Assembly (NCBI GenBank): GCA_030037635.1
Contig: JASHQH010000321.1
Coordinates: 10,571 to 74,570 of the forward strand
Source: Acidobacteriaceae bacterium
GTDB lineage: Bacteria; Acidobacteriota; Terriglobia; Terriglobales; Acidobacteriaceae
DNA: 64,000 bases
Direction: 5' to 3'
The notes under the pieces are model-generated. The model was not told the origin of the DNA. It saw only the letters and a program-made list of their open reading frames with translations, and did no database searches. Positions within the stretch are counted from its first letter, which is position 1; each line of letters begins with the position of its first letter. A program made the position numbers and the translations under genes. Below are positions 63,196-64,000 of this stretch, one piece after another.

Positions 63196-63581
63196 TATCT
63201 ACTCCTTCTCTGTCTCCGAGCTTGCGCGGACCTACAGCCGAAGGGTGATTTTGACGACCGGAGCGCGAAGAAAAAATCAAGCTTCGACTCGGCAGGCGCA
63301 TAACGCGGAGCCCACCCAAATTCACACAGCACTGTTCAAACTATCACGGAAGGCCGCTGTTGCGCACGTTCCCGAGCGTACACAGCCGGGCCGGAATTCA
63401 AAACGCAGAGCGGATTTTCCCCATCGCAGATTGGCCTGCCGGCGCTGATTGGCGCCGCAATTCGGCGTCTTCTGAGCAAATCCACCCCAAAGTACATTGG
63501 ACTTTGGTGCTCCTGCTGCGCACCCGTTTGAGCGCCACGCACCCTCAGCCATGCCGTAGATAAGATTTTTGATTAGAAGAC

Positions 63582-64000
63582 TTACCCGGCATTCAGCGTC
63601 TTCAGCAGGCTGCGCGGCTCGCGTTGGATCTTCTCTTGCAGCAGCGAGATGGCATAGATGAGTTGCTCGGGACGCGGTGGACAGCCGGGAACGTAGACAT
63701 CAACCGGTACGATCTGGTTGACGCCCTGCACCAGCGCATAGTTGTTGAATACGCCCCCTGATGTGGCGCAGGCGCCCATCGAAATCACCCACTTGGGTTC
63801 GGGCATCTGATCGTACAACCGGCGCAGGACTGGAGCCATTTTCTGCGCGACGCGGCCGGCAACGATCATCAGGTCAGACTGGCGCGGAGAAGCGCGGAAG
63901 ACCTCGGCGCCAAAACGCGCGATATCGAAACGCGCTGCGCCCATCGACATCATTTCAATGGCGCAGCAGGCCAAGCCAAACGTCATCGGCCAGATCGAGC
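63582..64000 (-). CDS. nuoB: NADH-quinone oxidoreductase subunit B (5' end beyond window)
   Basis: [30 protein letters not shown] Fe-S ligand motifs; frame open to nt 64000. Confidence 0.93.
   Translation of the reverse strand, partial: SIWPMTFGLACCAIEMMSMGAARFDIARFGAEVFRASPRQSDLMIVAGRVAQKMAPVLRRLYDQMPEPKWVISMGACATSGGVFNNYALVQGVNQIVPVDVYVPGCPPRPEQLIYAISLLQEKIQREPRSLLKTLNAG

Overview
High-GC chromosomal segment. Gene content (a TIGR03435-family protein, PEGA, DUF4142 and DinB proteins, TonB/M48 paralogs, Tat-signal Gfo/Idh/MocA) suggests an Acidobacteriota (Terriglobia-like) genome; this is inference, no search was run. I support about 52 protein-coding genes, mostly housekeeping or ordinary accessory functions. 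They include ftsH (5' partial), galE, lepB, a futalosine-pathway radical SAM enzyme, ndk, prmC, an acyl-CoA dehydrogenase, dps, mutL and cmk. There is a nucleoside-salvage cluster (cdd, deoA, nupC), a compact cheA-cheW-cheY-cheB-cheR operon, and a Crp/Fnr regulator. There is also a 1181-aa Ser/Thr kinase with an internally duplicated sensor module, a 905-aa AMP-ligase/carrier/acyltransferase fusion, ccmC with a ccmD-like gene, a DAHP synthase and nuoB (partial at the 3' edge). I found no rRNA, tRNA, CRISPR array, transposase or integrase. Many long ORFs in the track are antisense or alternate-frame artefacts of high GC. Several real small genes (a SemiSWEET, a CcmD-like protein, a 134-aa membrane protein) sit inside such artefacts. 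The most unusual content is non-coding: a dense, modular, partly nested set of short dispersed repeats. All copies share one strand polarity. The most prominent module is a period-7/8 CCCT array whose complement fits the G-quadruplex pattern, and one complete copy lies in frame inside a coding region as an interdomain linker. I cannot assign these repeats to a described family. Other points: a frameshifted DUF2277 gene, an SD-sequestering hairpin, an orphan intrinsic terminator in a divergent promoter region, a perfect TGTGA-N6-TCACA palindrome, and an M48 paralog with LEXXH in place of HEXXH. All coordinates, alignments and identity impressions were made by eye from the sequence. No database search or computation was possible.
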